From the sequence record SRR31156797_4840: DNA of 64,000 bases. One strand, given 5' to 3'. Position numbers and translations under genes: made by a program. Below, one piece after another: positions 1-9,143 of this stretch. Under the pieces are notes generated by a model that did not search any database, was not told the origin of the DNA, and saw only the letters and a program-made list of their open reading frames with translations. How positions within the stretch are numbered: position 1 is the first letter of the stretch; every line of letters starts with the position of its first letter.

Positions 1-716
1 TGGTGTTTAACGATTGCCCCATCGCCGCCTTGAGAAACCATGACGGTGTCGATCCCTTCGAAAAGAGTGCTCTCTAAGACAGAGAAAATGTCTTGCGATG
101 AATGCAATTTTTGACCCATTAGTTCTTCTAATTCCTGTTGATTTGGTTTAATAAAATTCGGACGAGCATTCGTTTGAGTCAAACAATTTTTTAGTTGTTC
201 CCCAGCTATATCCATGAGGATCGGGACTTGTTCACCTAATGATTGACGGATGAATTGAAGCAACTGATCGTGAAAGTGTCCATTATCAGAATTTACTGAT
301 CCAGAAATACAGACGACCGTGATGGGGTGTTGTTTAATTATTGCTGCAAGGTGTTGGTAAAAAAGTTGTTCGTTTTCCTCCGACAGATAAAGTCCTTTTT
401 CTACTAGCTCAGTATGAGTGTTACCGTCATGCATGATCGTGATCGCATTGCGAGAATTGCCGTCGATGGTGAGGAAATCCAATACATAACGTTCTTCAGC
501 TAGTAAAGAATCAAGGATCGTTTTGCCTACAGGTCCACCTAAAATACCTGTCAATAAAACGGCTTCCCCAGATTGTGCGATGACTCTGCCAGCATTGATG
601 CCTTTTCCTCCAATTGATGTATGTGGGTTATCTACCCGATTTACTTGATCCAATTTTAGCGAAGGAACAAGATAGTTGTAGTCCATGGAAGGGTTCATTG
701 TGATGGTTAAAATCAT
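1..716 (-). CDS. PfkB-family hexose-phosphate kinase (LacC/FruK-like), 3' end outside window
   Basis: Manual translation from ATG at 716: MILTITMNPSMDYNY...GGKGINAGRV...FIKPNQQELEEL...VMVSQGGDGAI. Start overlaps the DeoR stop (ATGA). Absent from the ORF track because it runs off the window. Confidence 0.85.
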   Translation of the reverse strand, partial: MILTITMNPSMDYNYLVPSLKLDQVNRVDNPHTSIGGKGINAGRVIAQSGEAVLLTGILGGPVGKTILDSLLAEERYVLDFLTIDGNSRNAITIMHDGNTHTELVEKGLYLSEENEQLFYQHLAAIIKQHPITVVCISGSVNSDNGHFHDQLLQFIRQSLGEQVPILMDIAGEQLKNCLTQTNARPNFIKPNQQELEELMGQKLHSSQDIFSVLESTLFEGIDTVMVSQGGDGAIVKH

Positions 717-1474
717 TTTTGTTCCTCCTTGAGGATCTCTGTAAAGGAACGATAATAGTCAAAAGTAGTCTCAGAAAGTTTATCATCAGTGATCAAATAG
801 TCGATATCTGAAAGCGAGTAGAAGGTATAAACGTCAGAGCGATTAAACTTGGAACTATCTGCAACGATGCATTTTTTGCGGGAATGTTTGAATGCGACTC
901 GTTGAATCGAACCTTCAACAAGATTTGCAGTGGTGATATTATTTTCAAAGATCCCATTTGTAGCAGCAAAAGCGATATCGATATTTAAATTTTCAAAACT
1001 CTTCTCTGCTGTTTCCCCATAAAATTCTTCCGTCGTGCGGGAAAATTCTCCACCGGTCAATAAGACACGATAGTCTGTGTTGTAAATCAAATAATTAAAA
1101 GCAAGTAAACTATTTGTGATCACGAATAAGTTTGCTTTTTTTAGTTCAGGTAAAGCGTGGAGCATCGTAGTTCCCGCACCGATATAGATAGTATCGTTGT
1201 CTGATATGATACTGTTCATTACTTTTCCGATGAATTTCTTTTCGGCAACGTTCGTATCGATTTTTTCTTGAGTAGAAAGCTCGTGTTCGATTTTTTCGAG
1301 TTTTTGGGCGCCACCATAGATTTTTACCAATAAAGATTGATTCGCTAACTCTGTAATATCTCTACGAATGGTCATATCGGAAACGTCTAATGTTTTGGCT
1401 ATTTCTGCAATGGATAAGTAATCGTGCTGATTCACTAGCGCTAGAATTTTTTCTTGCCGTTCTTTCTTTAACAT
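713..1474 (-). CDS. DeoR/LacR-family transcriptional repressor
   Basis: N-terminal HTH 'VSDMTIRRDI..L', 'YGGA', DeoR C-terminal 'GAGTT' and 'DSSKF'. Confidence 0.92.
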   Translation of the reverse strand: MLKKERQEKILALVNQHDYLSIAEIAKTLDVSDMTIRRDITELANQSLLVKIYGGAQKLEKIEHELSTQEKIDTNVAEKKFIGKVMNSIISDNDTIYIGAGTTMLHALPELKKANLFVITNSLLAFNYLIYNTDYRVLLTGGEFSRTTEEFYGETAEKSFENLNIDIAFAATNGIFENNITTANLVEGSIQRVAFKHSRKKCIVADSSKFNRSDVYTFYSLSDIDYLITDDKLSETTFDYYRSFTEILKEEQK

Positions 1475-1577
1475 AGTTTCACCTCTGGTTGATTAACGAT
1501 TTTTTTAAGTTTCTTTTTTATCGATGTTCTTTATACATTAATTAATAGCATTTACTTTTGGAAAAAGCAAGGGAAAA

Positions 1578-1718
1578 TGTTCATCTTTGTTAAAGTTTGA
1601 TAGTTTCGTGTATTGGTGAAAGGAATCAGTTTGAAAAAAATACCAAAAGAAAGCGTTGACAAGAAAAATTAACTATTGTATATTTACATTGTAAAACATA
1701 TTGTAACAAACTTTAACA
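1578..1718. promoter_or_regulatory. Divergent promoter region: sigmaA promoter for the PTS operon, cre-like site and LacR-type operator repeats
   Basis: TTGACA 1656-1661, 17 nt, TATATT 1679-1684. cre-like AGAAAGCGTTGACA 1648-1661. AACA at 1695/1705/1715 and TGTT/TGAT at 1578/1588/1598, both with a 10-bp period. Confidence 0.65.
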
Positions 1719-1755
1719 ATATTTATCATTTGAGTTGAACAAGGAGGAAGAATAG

Positions 1756-2217
1756 GTGGGCTATACGAGCATGTTTGATGAAAGGCTAATTTTTATCGAT
1801 GTGGAAGGAGAGGAGTTGAAAGAACTATTTGAAGAAATAGCAAAACGATTACAGCAACAAGGTTTTGTGAATGAACAGTATGTAGAAGGATTACTAGCAA
1901 GAGAACAAGCTTTTCCAACTGGACTGATTACACAGTATTTGAATATTGGCTTGCCTCATTCAGAACCAGCGTATGTCGAAAAGCCTTTTATTGCGATCGT
2001 GCGTCTGAAAAACGAGGTGAAGATGAAGCAAATGGGCGACAGTCAAGAAATGCAGGTCAAGGATCTCTTTTTTCTAGGAATCAAAGAACCAAAAGAGCAA
2101 GTCGGCTTACTGCAATCGTTAATGGCATTATTTATGGATGAAGGATTTGTAAAGGCATTCATTGAAACACAAGAAGTGCAGGCAATTTATCAGCTAGTTA
2201 CACAGTATACAAAATAA
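1756..2217 (+). CDS. PTS EIIA component (galactitol-type)
   Basis: 'REQAFPTGL', 'GLPHSE' phospho-His motif; RBS AAGGAGG before GTG. Confidence 0.9.
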   Translation: MGYTSMFDERLIFIDVEGEELKELFEEIAKRLQQQGFVNEQYVEGLLAREQAFPTGLITQYLNIGLPHSEPAYVEKPFIAIVRLKNEVKMKQMGDSQEMQVKDLFFLGIKEPKEQVGLLQSLMALFMDEGFVKAFIETQEVQAIYQLVTQYTK

Positions 2218-2237
2218 AATTTTTGGAGGAATTTAAG

Positions 2238-2537
2238 ATGAAAAGAAGATTGATCGTAGCATGTGGAAGTGGGGTTGCAACAAGTCAAACGATCGCAAGT
2301 AAAATTGCTGGAATGCTTGAAGATGACGGAATCGATTTCCCCGTTGAAGCAGTTGATTACAAGTCGATCCAAAATGAATTGCCGTCGACAGGAATTTATG
2401 TGTATGTTGCTCAGCCAGATGATGAAGTATTGGAAAAAGCCGCTGAGCTAGGTGTACACGTTTTTGCTGGGATTCCGTTTCTTACCGGTATGGGTATGGA
2501 TACGATTTATGAAGAAATCAAAGAATTGATTGGCTAG
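2238..2537 (+). CDS. PTS EIIB component (galactitol-type)
   Basis: 'VACGSGVATS' phospho-Cys loop; start moved to the ATG after GGAGG. Confidence 0.9.
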   Translation: MKRRLIVACGSGVATSQTIASKIAGMLEDDGIDFPVEAVDYKSIQNELPSTGIYVYVAQPDDEVLEKAAELGVHVFAGIPFLTGMGMDTIYEEIKELIG

Positions 2538-2573
2538 TACAAAACATCCTATCAAAAGAAAGAAGTGAAAAAA

Positions 2574-3965
2574 ATGCAAGTATTTCAAGACATTATTAAT
2601 TATATCTTAGGTTTAGGTTCCGCTATTTTTGTGCCGCTAATCATTTTAATCCTAGGCTTGGTTGCAGGGATGAAATTCAAAAAAGCCTTTATGTCTGCAA
2701 TCACGTTAGGTATTGCTTTTACTGGGATGTCTATGGTCATTGGCTTTATGTCAAATGCAGTTAGTCCAGCTTCCGAAGCATTGGCAAAAAATACTGGCTT
2801 GAACTTGCCTGCGCTAGATTTAGGGTGGACAGGAGCGGCAAGTATCACCTGGTCATGGTCCTATGCATTTGTTTTCTTTGCCGTCGTTCTTAGCGTGAAT
2901 TTTGTAATGTTGATTTTGAACTGGACCAAGACGTTGAATGTCGATATGTGGAATGTATGGGGCAAAGCGCTGACTGCCTATCTGGTCTACTTTATCAGTG
3001 GAAGTTTACTTGCTGGGTTTATCACCGCCATCGTACAGGTTATCTTGGAACTTAAAATGGGGGATATGTTCCAACGCCACATTGAGGATTTGACTGGTAT
3101 TCCTTTAGTAACAGTGACCCACTTGATGAATATTTCAGCAGTGCTTTTATTACCGATCAATGTGATTATGGATAAAATTCCTTTCTTTAATCGACGGGCC
3201 GATACCAAAGCCTTAAAAAAGAAAATCGGTATCTTCTCTGAAAATTCGGTGATGGGCTTTCTCATTGGTTTGGGCTTGGGATTAGCTGCAGCTTATGGCG
3301 TGTCAGGCTCATTGAACTTAGCTATTCAAATCGCGACTGCAATGGCTTTGTTCCCAATGATCTCAAAAATGTTTATGCAGTCTCTTTCACCACTGGCTGA
3401 TGCAATGTCGGAAATGATGAAAAAACGCTTTAAAGATCGGGAAGTTTACATTGGGTTAGATTGGCCCGTATTAGCTGGTCGCTCTGAGATTTGGGTCACT
3501 GCTATCTTGTTGGTACCTGTCTTTATTGGCTATGCTATCATCTTGCCGGGAAATGCTGTGTTGCCTTTAGCAGGAATCATTAACTATTCGATCGCAGTAG
3601 GTGGATTATTGCTCACCGGCGGAAACTTGGTTCGTATGCTGATCATGGGGGTTATTTCGATGCCAATCTATCTATATGCAGCTACGTATTTGACGCCGAT
3701 CCTAACGGGCTTAGCAGATCGAACCGGCGCAGTAGAAGGAATACAAAAAGGGCAGCAAATCACTTGGTCTTCGATCGAAGGACCGGAATTTCGAATTTTA
3801 TTTGCAGAAGCGTTTAAAGGAAATATCTTGGGTATCGTCGGTTCCGTTGTGTTTATCGCAATGTTTGTCTGGTTGTATAAATATATGAGCAAGGTAAAAG
3901 TACCAAGTCAAAGATATGAAGAACAAGGGACCTCATCGACGCAAGTACGTGCGACGAATGGCTAA
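2574..3965 (+). CDS. PTS EIIC component, GatC family
   Basis: Multi-TM; 'LDLGWTGAASITW', 'TKTLNVDMWNVW', 'YIGLDWPV' GatC motifs. Confidence 0.9.
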   Translation: MQVFQDIINYILGLGSAIFVPLIILILGLVAGMKFKKAFMSAITLGIAFTGMSMVIGFMSNAVSPASEALAKNTGLNLPALDLGWTGAASITWSWSYAFVFFAVVLSVNFVMLILNWTKTLNVDMWNVWGKALTAYLVYFISGSLLAGFITAIVQVILELKMGDMFQRHIEDLTGIPLVTVTHLMNISAVLLLPINVIMDKIPFFNRRADTKALKKKIGIFSENSVMGFLIGLGLGLAAAYGVSGSLNLAIQIATAMALFPMISKMFMQSLSPLADAMSEMMKKRFKDREVYIGLDWPVLAGRSEIWVTAILLVPVFIGYAIILPGNAVLPLAGIINYSIAVGGLLLTGGNLVRMLIMGVISMPIYLYAATYLTPILTGLADRTGAVEGIQKGQQITWSSIEGPEFRILFAEAFKGNILGIVGSVVFIAMFVWLYKYMSKVKVPSQRYEEQGTSSTQVRATNG

Positions 3966-3993
3966 TATTTTCAAAAAGGAAAGGACGATAGGA

Positions 3994-4245
3994 ATGGGAA
4001 AGAGCGAAAAAATAAAATGGCAATTGCTTCTTTTTCTAGCAATTGGCTGCTATCTCTTAGCTTTGGTGACACAACAGTACCTATTTAATGTCGTAGCGAT
4101 TGGTCTAGCAGTCTGTGTATACAAATATGGCAGTCCAGTACTTTTTAAAGAATACGATGAACGGAAAAAGAAAAAAGAGGAAGAAGCAGCTAAAGTAAGG
4201 GGAGCTGTACAAACAATCTTACGCAACAAAACGTTTGAAAAATAA
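3994..4245 (+). CDS. Small two-TM membrane protein of unknown function
   Basis: Two hydrophobic stretches and a charged tail; start placed after AAAGGA; lies within the PTS operon. Confidence 0.65.
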   Translation: MGKSEKIKWQLLLFLAIGCYLLALVTQQYLFNVVAIGLAVCVYKYGSPVLFKEYDERKKKKEEEAAKVRGAVQTILRNKTFEK

Positions 4246-4262
4246 AAAAGGTGGTCTTGAAT

Positions 4263-5015
4263 ATGTCAGATGGACGGATGATTTTTGAAAGAGAACGGGA
4301 AGATTTAGCACGAATCGTAAAATTGATTTTTACCCGGAAGAATACAAATGTTGCAGGCGGTAATTTTTCTTTTAAAACAACCGATGAAACTGGAAAAGAA
4401 TACATTATTATGACACCAACTATGATGTCAGAAGCCTATTTAGGAGAGGTCTCACCAGCCCAGATTTTAGTCGTTGAGCCTCATACGAGAACAGTGATTG
4501 ATGGGGTTGGTCAGCTGACACGAGAAATCAACTTACACGAAGCGGTTTATGATACGAATCCAGCGATAAAAGCAGTCTTACATGCCCATTCTCCTCACTC
4601 GATGTTTTGGGCAACCGCCGGATTGGATATGCCTAACTTAACAGAAGCGACCCAAAAAATTGGCTATATTCCTGTACTAGACTTTGAACCTAATTGCTCA
4701 CCAGAATTAGCAGAATTAGTTTCTGATTACATGAAAAAAGAACAACTCGCCTTACCGAATATGTTGCTCCTCAACAGTCATGGGGTACTGATCAGTGCGC
4801 CAGGAGCATCTGGCATCGAAGCAATCCATAAAGCTTTGCAAATACTAGATACCACGGAATGGAATGCGGAAATTGCCTATAAGCAAACGATTTTTCAATC
4901 TTTAGGCTTGTTAGATGGTTTTTACTCCAAAGGGAGACAAGTAGGAACACTTGAAGACTTGAAAAAACATACACCGATTTATAATAAAGAAGAAATTTTT
5001 GCTGGTGGTGATTAG
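4263..5015 (+). CDS. Class II aldolase/adducin-family protein (FucA/RhaD/AraD superfamily)
   Basis: 'GGNFS', 'TPT', 'REINLH', 'HAHSP', 'NSHG' metal-binding His residues. Confidence 0.85.
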   Translation: MSDGRMIFEREREDLARIVKLIFTRKNTNVAGGNFSFKTTDETGKEYIIMTPTMMSEAYLGEVSPAQILVVEPHTRTVIDGVGQLTREINLHEAVYDTNPAIKAVLHAHSPHSMFWATAGLDMPNLTEATQKIGYIPVLDFEPNCSPELAELVSDYMKKEQLALPNMLLLNSHGVLISAPGASGIEAIHKALQILDTTEWNAEIAYKQTIFQSLGLLDGFYSKGRQVGTLEDLKKHTPIYNKEEIFAGGD

Positions 5016-5045
5016 CCAGCAAGTAATCATCTTTTTCGATTGATA

Positions 5046-5092
5046 AAAATCCAAGAACATTCGTTTACGAGTTCTTGGATTTTATTTTTTTA
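5046..5092 (+). terminator. Rho-independent terminator of the PTS operon
   Basis: AAAATCCAAGAAC ... GTTCTTGGATTTT 13-bp stem followed by a T run. Confidence 0.8.
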
Positions 5093-5169
5093 TTCAAAAT
5101 ATGCTATAATTTAGTCAGAAAATGAATGTTTTTGATGCATTGGCATTTTTAAAAGAAAGGGGGAGGGGC

Positions 5170-5457
5170 ATGAATCGTACAAGAGCCAACCTCATGAAAT
5201 GAGGGGACGTTAGTGCCGTAGGGGTGGTGATGCTTCATCAGACTCAGGTCATTTCAAGCCAAATCAACCATCTTGCCTTAGCCGTACTATGGGGTTTAGC
5301 AGGGTATTTGCTTGTTTTTAAAAAGTTCTACTTTTTGTCCGCTCAGATTGCGGAGCATTCCGATCAGTATAACCAAGCAGAAGTCAAGTAAGGCAAAATT
5401 GCGGGAGTTGTCGCCTTCTATATTGCTCTGATCAATTTGATTTTGGTCTTTGTGTGA
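5170..5457 (+). pseudogene. Probable pseudogene of a ~95-aa membrane protein with two in-frame stops
   Basis: TGCTATAAT at 5102-5110, RBS GGAGG, ATG 5170. One frame reads MNRTRANLMK*GDVSAVGVVMLH...LALAVLWGLAGYLLVF...QAEVK*GKIAGVVAFYIALINLILVFV*. Confidence 0.55.
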
Positions 5458-5510
5458 GTGTAGCGGAAAAAAATGCCAAAAGAAATCTTTGACGGAAAAT
5501 GGTTTGCTTT

Positions 5511-6371
5511 TCATGATCGATCATCAAATTCGGCTTGGTGTGCTTGAAAAAAGCGGTAATACTGCTGGACACTAGCTAACTGGGTCCACTTCCGAACATC
5601 GACGGGCGTTTGATCCAAATCATAGATTTTGGCTTCCTTTAAAGATAAAACGAAAGGACTATGGGTAGCAATAATGAATTGACACTGTTCATAGCGGACA
5701 AAATCTTCCAGTAACTGCACTAGTTCCAGCTGACGATCAGCAGAAAGGGAATTTTCTGGTTCATCTAATAAGTAAAGACTGTTGGGACGAATTTTTTCTT
5801 GAAAGAAGCGAAAGGCACTTTCACCATTGGAATATTCTCGGACGTTGTCGATCAAGTGCTTGCGAGTGAATTTGGACTGTGTGTTGGATCGTGCGAGATT
5901 GATTTTCTTCAATTCATGGTAATCTTCAAAACCTGTGAAACGAAAGTCCGCATGCTTTGCTTGGTAGTATTCTTGGAACACTTCTTCTCGGCGATGATCG
6001 ATCCCTTGATTTAAGTTTCGGATATCAAGCATGAAGTCAAAGACGTCATCGCTGGTCAATAGCACTTTTTCTTGCGGTTCGTCGTTGCTACGAGCAGAAC
6101 AGTAGGATAGATAGTCCTCGAAAAAATTCGACCGATTATACGCAGCAAAGCGCTGCGCGTGGATCTTTTCGGCAATCACGTTCAATGCAGTGGTTTTGCC
6201 AGAACCATTGCCGCCATATAAAATCGTGATTGGTTCAAAATCGATCTGCTGAAAACGGCGGGCACTGAGAATCTGAAAAGGGTAGTAAGAATCATAGACA
6301 GTCCGTTGGATAGAAAGGAAAAAATCAAACTCGGTTTCTTGATCGGGAAAAGTGATTTGTTCGAGATACAT
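5511..6371 (-). CDS. Stand-alone ABC-like AAA ATPase (COG3910/AAA_21-type)
   Basis: Walker A GGNGSGKT, 'SNGES' signature-like motif, Walker B LLDEPE, H-loop IIATHSP. Confidence 0.85.
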   Translation of the reverse strand: MYLEQITFPDQETEFDFFLSIQRTVYDSYYPFQILSARRFQQIDFEPITILYGGNGSGKTTALNVIAEKIHAQRFAAYNRSNFFEDYLSYCSARSNDEPQEKVLLTSDDVFDFMLDIRNLNQGIDHRREEVFQEYYQAKHADFRFTGFEDYHELKKINLARSNTQSKFTRKHLIDNVREYSNGESAFRFFQEKIRPNSLYLLDEPENSLSADRQLELVQLLEDFVRYEQCQFIIATHSPFVLSLKEAKIYDLDQTPVDVRKWTQLASVQQYYRFFQAHQAEFDDRS

Positions 6372-6683
6372 GGGGCACCTCCTAGCAGTTTCGTGGTTGC
6401 CATTATTGTAGCATATCCATCACAGATAAAATTTTTTTTGCGAGGTTAAAATAAATCTTGTTTGATATTTTTTTAAACTTTTACTGTTATATTCACAACA
6501 GGAAACTTCTGTGCTAGACTATAAGGGCATAGAAATGATGTAATCTTAAGCAACCGATAAAACGTACAAAAAAACGAAGGTTTAATGAATTCTTTAAGCG
6601 ATGTTTAAATGCTGAAACTTATTCCTTGCAAGTTTAAGTAAAAGTGACTAATATGGGGAAGGAATCGTGAAAGGAGCAATGGA

Positions 6684-7061
6684 ATGTATCAAGTAGTAGT
6701 CATGTATGGGGACAATGAACCGTGGTGGTTTTTTGAGGGATGGCAGTCAGATATTCAAGAGGCGTTCACATTTGCAACTTTCAGCGAGGCGCAGTCATTT
6801 TATGAACAAAAATGGCAAGAAATCAGAGAAGAGTATTCGTACATAAATGCAAAATCAAACTTTATGACGGCTTTTTGGAATGAAGAAGACGAACGCTGGT
6901 GCGAAGAATGCGACGATTACCTCCAACAATATATTGGACTGGCATTGCTTAAAGAATATCAGCAAGTCGTCGATGAAAGCAGGAAAGATTTTTATGAAAC
7001 AACTAATTCTAGCGGAAAAGCCAAGCGTTGCCAAAGACCTCAGCAAAGTTTTGGGCTGTGA
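6684..7061 (+). CDS. DUF1033-like conserved protein
   Basis: 'MYQVVVMYGDNEPWWFFEGW' and 'WCEECDDYLQQY' match the Lactobacillales DUF1033 pattern; RBS AAGGAG. Confidence 0.75.
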   Translation: MYQVVVMYGDNEPWWFFEGWQSDIQEAFTFATFSEAQSFYEQKWQEIREEYSYINAKSNFMTAFWNEEDERWCEECDDYLQQYIGLALLKEYQQVVDESRKDFYETTNSSGKAKRCQRPQQSFGL

Positions 7062-9066
7062 GCAAAAACATAAAAATTATTACGAAGGACCCAAGGCGAT
7101 TGTTACTTGGGCCCTTGGTCATTTATTGGGCTTGAAAATGCCTGAAGATTTAAACAAAGAGTGGGCATCATGGCAGATGGAAACATTACCGATGATCCCT
7201 AAGTCCATCGGGATCAAGCCGTTGCCAAAAACCGGTCATCAACTAAAAGCCATCAAACAATTGGCTCAAAGAAAAGATGTCGGGGAAGTCGTGATTGCCA
7301 CCGATGCGGGAAGAGAAGGGGAGCTAGTCGCTCGCTGGATTTTGGAGTGGGTTCGTTTTGACAAACCAGTCAAACGTTTGTGGATTTCTTCGCAAACCCC
7401 TAAAGCCATCAAAGAAGGCTTTGCAAAATTGCAGTCAGCCAAGCACTACGACAATCTTTACTACTCCGCCCTTGCGCGGGCAAAAGCCGACTGGCTGGTA
7501 GGATTGAATGTCACGCGGGCATTGACGGTCAAATATCAAGACAATCTTAGTGCGGGTCGGGTCCAAACCCCTACCTTAGCTTTGGTGCGCAGTCAGGAAA
7601 TGCAGATCGAGAGTTTCCGTCCGCAAACCTATCATGTGATTACCCTAAACGTAGGCGATGCCAAGGCCCGCCTGCAACAAAAAAATCCTTATCAACTAAA
7701 AGAACGCAGTGACGCCGAAGCATTGGTCAAACAAGTGAGTCAACAGAATGGTCGCGTGACAGCGATCGAAGAAAAGGTCAAAACAGAAAGTGCACCACTG
7801 CCCTACGATTTGACCGAGATCCAACGAGAAGCCAATCAGCGTTATGGGTTTTCAGCCAAGAAGACCTTGTCGCTTGTTCAAAGCTTGTATGAAACCCACA
7901 AAATCGTCACTTACCCAAGGACGGATTCCAAGTATTTGACCAATGATATGAAGGCAACCATGAAGGAACGCCTGCAGGCAGTTGCGGATTTTGCCCCAGA
8001 AGTCAAAGGATACTTGAAAAATGGTGGACAAGTGGTGCAGCAAGCTGTCTTCAACGATAAAAAAGTCACGGATCACCATGCCCTACTGCCAACGGAACAG
8101 CGGGCACGTTATGAAAAATTAACTACCGATGAACAACGAATCTATCAAATGATCGTTAGTCGTTTCTTAATGCTCTTTGCGAAACCTCATAAAAAACAGC
8201 AACAGAAAGTGACAGTGACCTTTGGTTCTGAGACCTTTGTGTTCAACCGCAATACCGTGTTAGAAGCGGGATGGAAAACGACTTCCGAAGAGGAAACCAG
8301 TGATGTGGCTTGGCAAAAAGGCAGTATCGTCAAGCCTGATTTTACCATCCAGAAAGAGTTGACCACACCACCGAAACCGTTGAATGAAGGAACTCTTTTA
8401 GGCAAAATGGAAAAACACAGTCTTGGTACGCCGGCAACCCGTGCGGAGATCATTGAAAAGCTGATCAAATCTGAGCTGATGGAGCGGACCCCAAGCGGCT
8501 TGCAAGTATCGCCAAAAGGCAAGCAGTTGTTAGTCTTAGTCAATCCTTCCTTGGTGACACCAGAGTTGACGGAAAAATGGGAGAAGGAACTGGAAGCCAT
8601 CGCGAAAGGCACCTACTCTGCCCAAACCTTCCTCGCGCAAATCGAAGCAGACACTAAACAATTGGTTAAAGAAATCAAGCAAAGTGAGAGCAAGTACCAA
8701 GATTTCTCATTGACCCAAAAACGGTGTCCAGAATGCGGCGAACCATTGCGGGAGAAAAATACCCGTGATGGCAAGATCTATGTTTGTTCCAGTGGCACCT
8801 GCAAGTACCGTCGTCGGAAAGACCCGAAAGTTTCAAACCGACGTTGCCCGCAATGTCACCGAAAGATGGAGATCATTGAGGGCAAAAATGGCGCCTATTT
8901 CCGCTGTAAATTCGATGGGACCACCGAAAAAATGGCGGATAAAAAAGAGCGCAGCAAAAAGCTGTCGAAACACGAAGAACGCCGCTTGATGAATAAAATC
9001 AATCAAGAAGAACCGCAAGAAAGCCCATTAGCAGCTGCTTTAAAAGCTGCTATGGAGAAGAAATAA
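6994..9066 (+). CDS. topB: DNA topoisomerase III
   Basis: 'LILAEKPSVA', 'ATDAGREGE', 'SAGRVQTPT', catalytic 'TYPRTD', C-terminal Zn ribbons; start moved to ATG 6994. Confidence 0.93.
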   Translation: MKQLILAEKPSVAKDLSKVLGCEQKHKNYYEGPKAIVTWALGHLLGLKMPEDLNKEWASWQMETLPMIPKSIGIKPLPKTGHQLKAIKQLAQRKDVGEVVIATDAGREGELVARWILEWVRFDKPVKRLWISSQTPKAIKEGFAKLQSAKHYDNLYYSALARAKADWLVGLNVTRALTVKYQDNLSAGRVQTPTLALVRSQEMQIESFRPQTYHVITLNVGDAKARLQQKNPYQLKERSDAEALVKQVSQQNGRVTAIEEKVKTESAPLPYDLTEIQREANQRYGFSAKKTLSLVQSLYETHKIVTYPRTDSKYLTNDMKATMKERLQAVADFAPEVKGYLKNGGQVVQQAVFNDKKVTDHHALLPTEQRARYEKLTTDEQRIYQMIVSRFLMLFAKPHKKQQQKVTVTFGSETFVFNRNTVLEAGWKTTSEEETSDVAWQKGSIVKPDFTIQKELTTPPKPLNEGTLLGKMEKHSLGTPATRAEIIEKLIKSELMERTPSGLQVSPKGKQLLVLVNPSLVTPELTEKWEKELEAIAKGTYSAQTFLAQIEADTKQLVKEIKQSESKYQDFSLTQKRCPECGEPLREKNTRDGKIYVCSSGTCKYRRRKDPKVSNRRCPQCHRKMEIIEGKNGAYFRCKFDGTTEKMADKKERSKKLSKHEERRLMNKINQEEPQESPLAAALKAAMEKK

Positions 9067-9084
9067 CTGAATGAGGTAGAAAAT

Positions 9085-9127
9085 AAAAAAGAGTGAGGAC
9101 GATTTTGCTGTCTCTCACTCTTTTTTT
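9085..9127. terminator. Bidirectional terminator between topB and the response regulator
   Basis: A run, GAGTGAG...CTCACTC, T run, between convergent genes. Confidence 0.8.
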
Positions 9128-9143
9128 GTATCCATTCATTCAT

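Noticed and set aside
5046..5058. AAAATCCAAGA matching the repeats at 13222/13274
   Set aside because: It is one arm of a terminator stem, single copy, probably coincidence.
5511..6371. AAA_21-like ATPase as an anti-phage system (PARIS/Septu/AbiE-type)
   Set aside because: No partner nuclease or effector is adjacent; it looks like the common stand-alone ATPase family.
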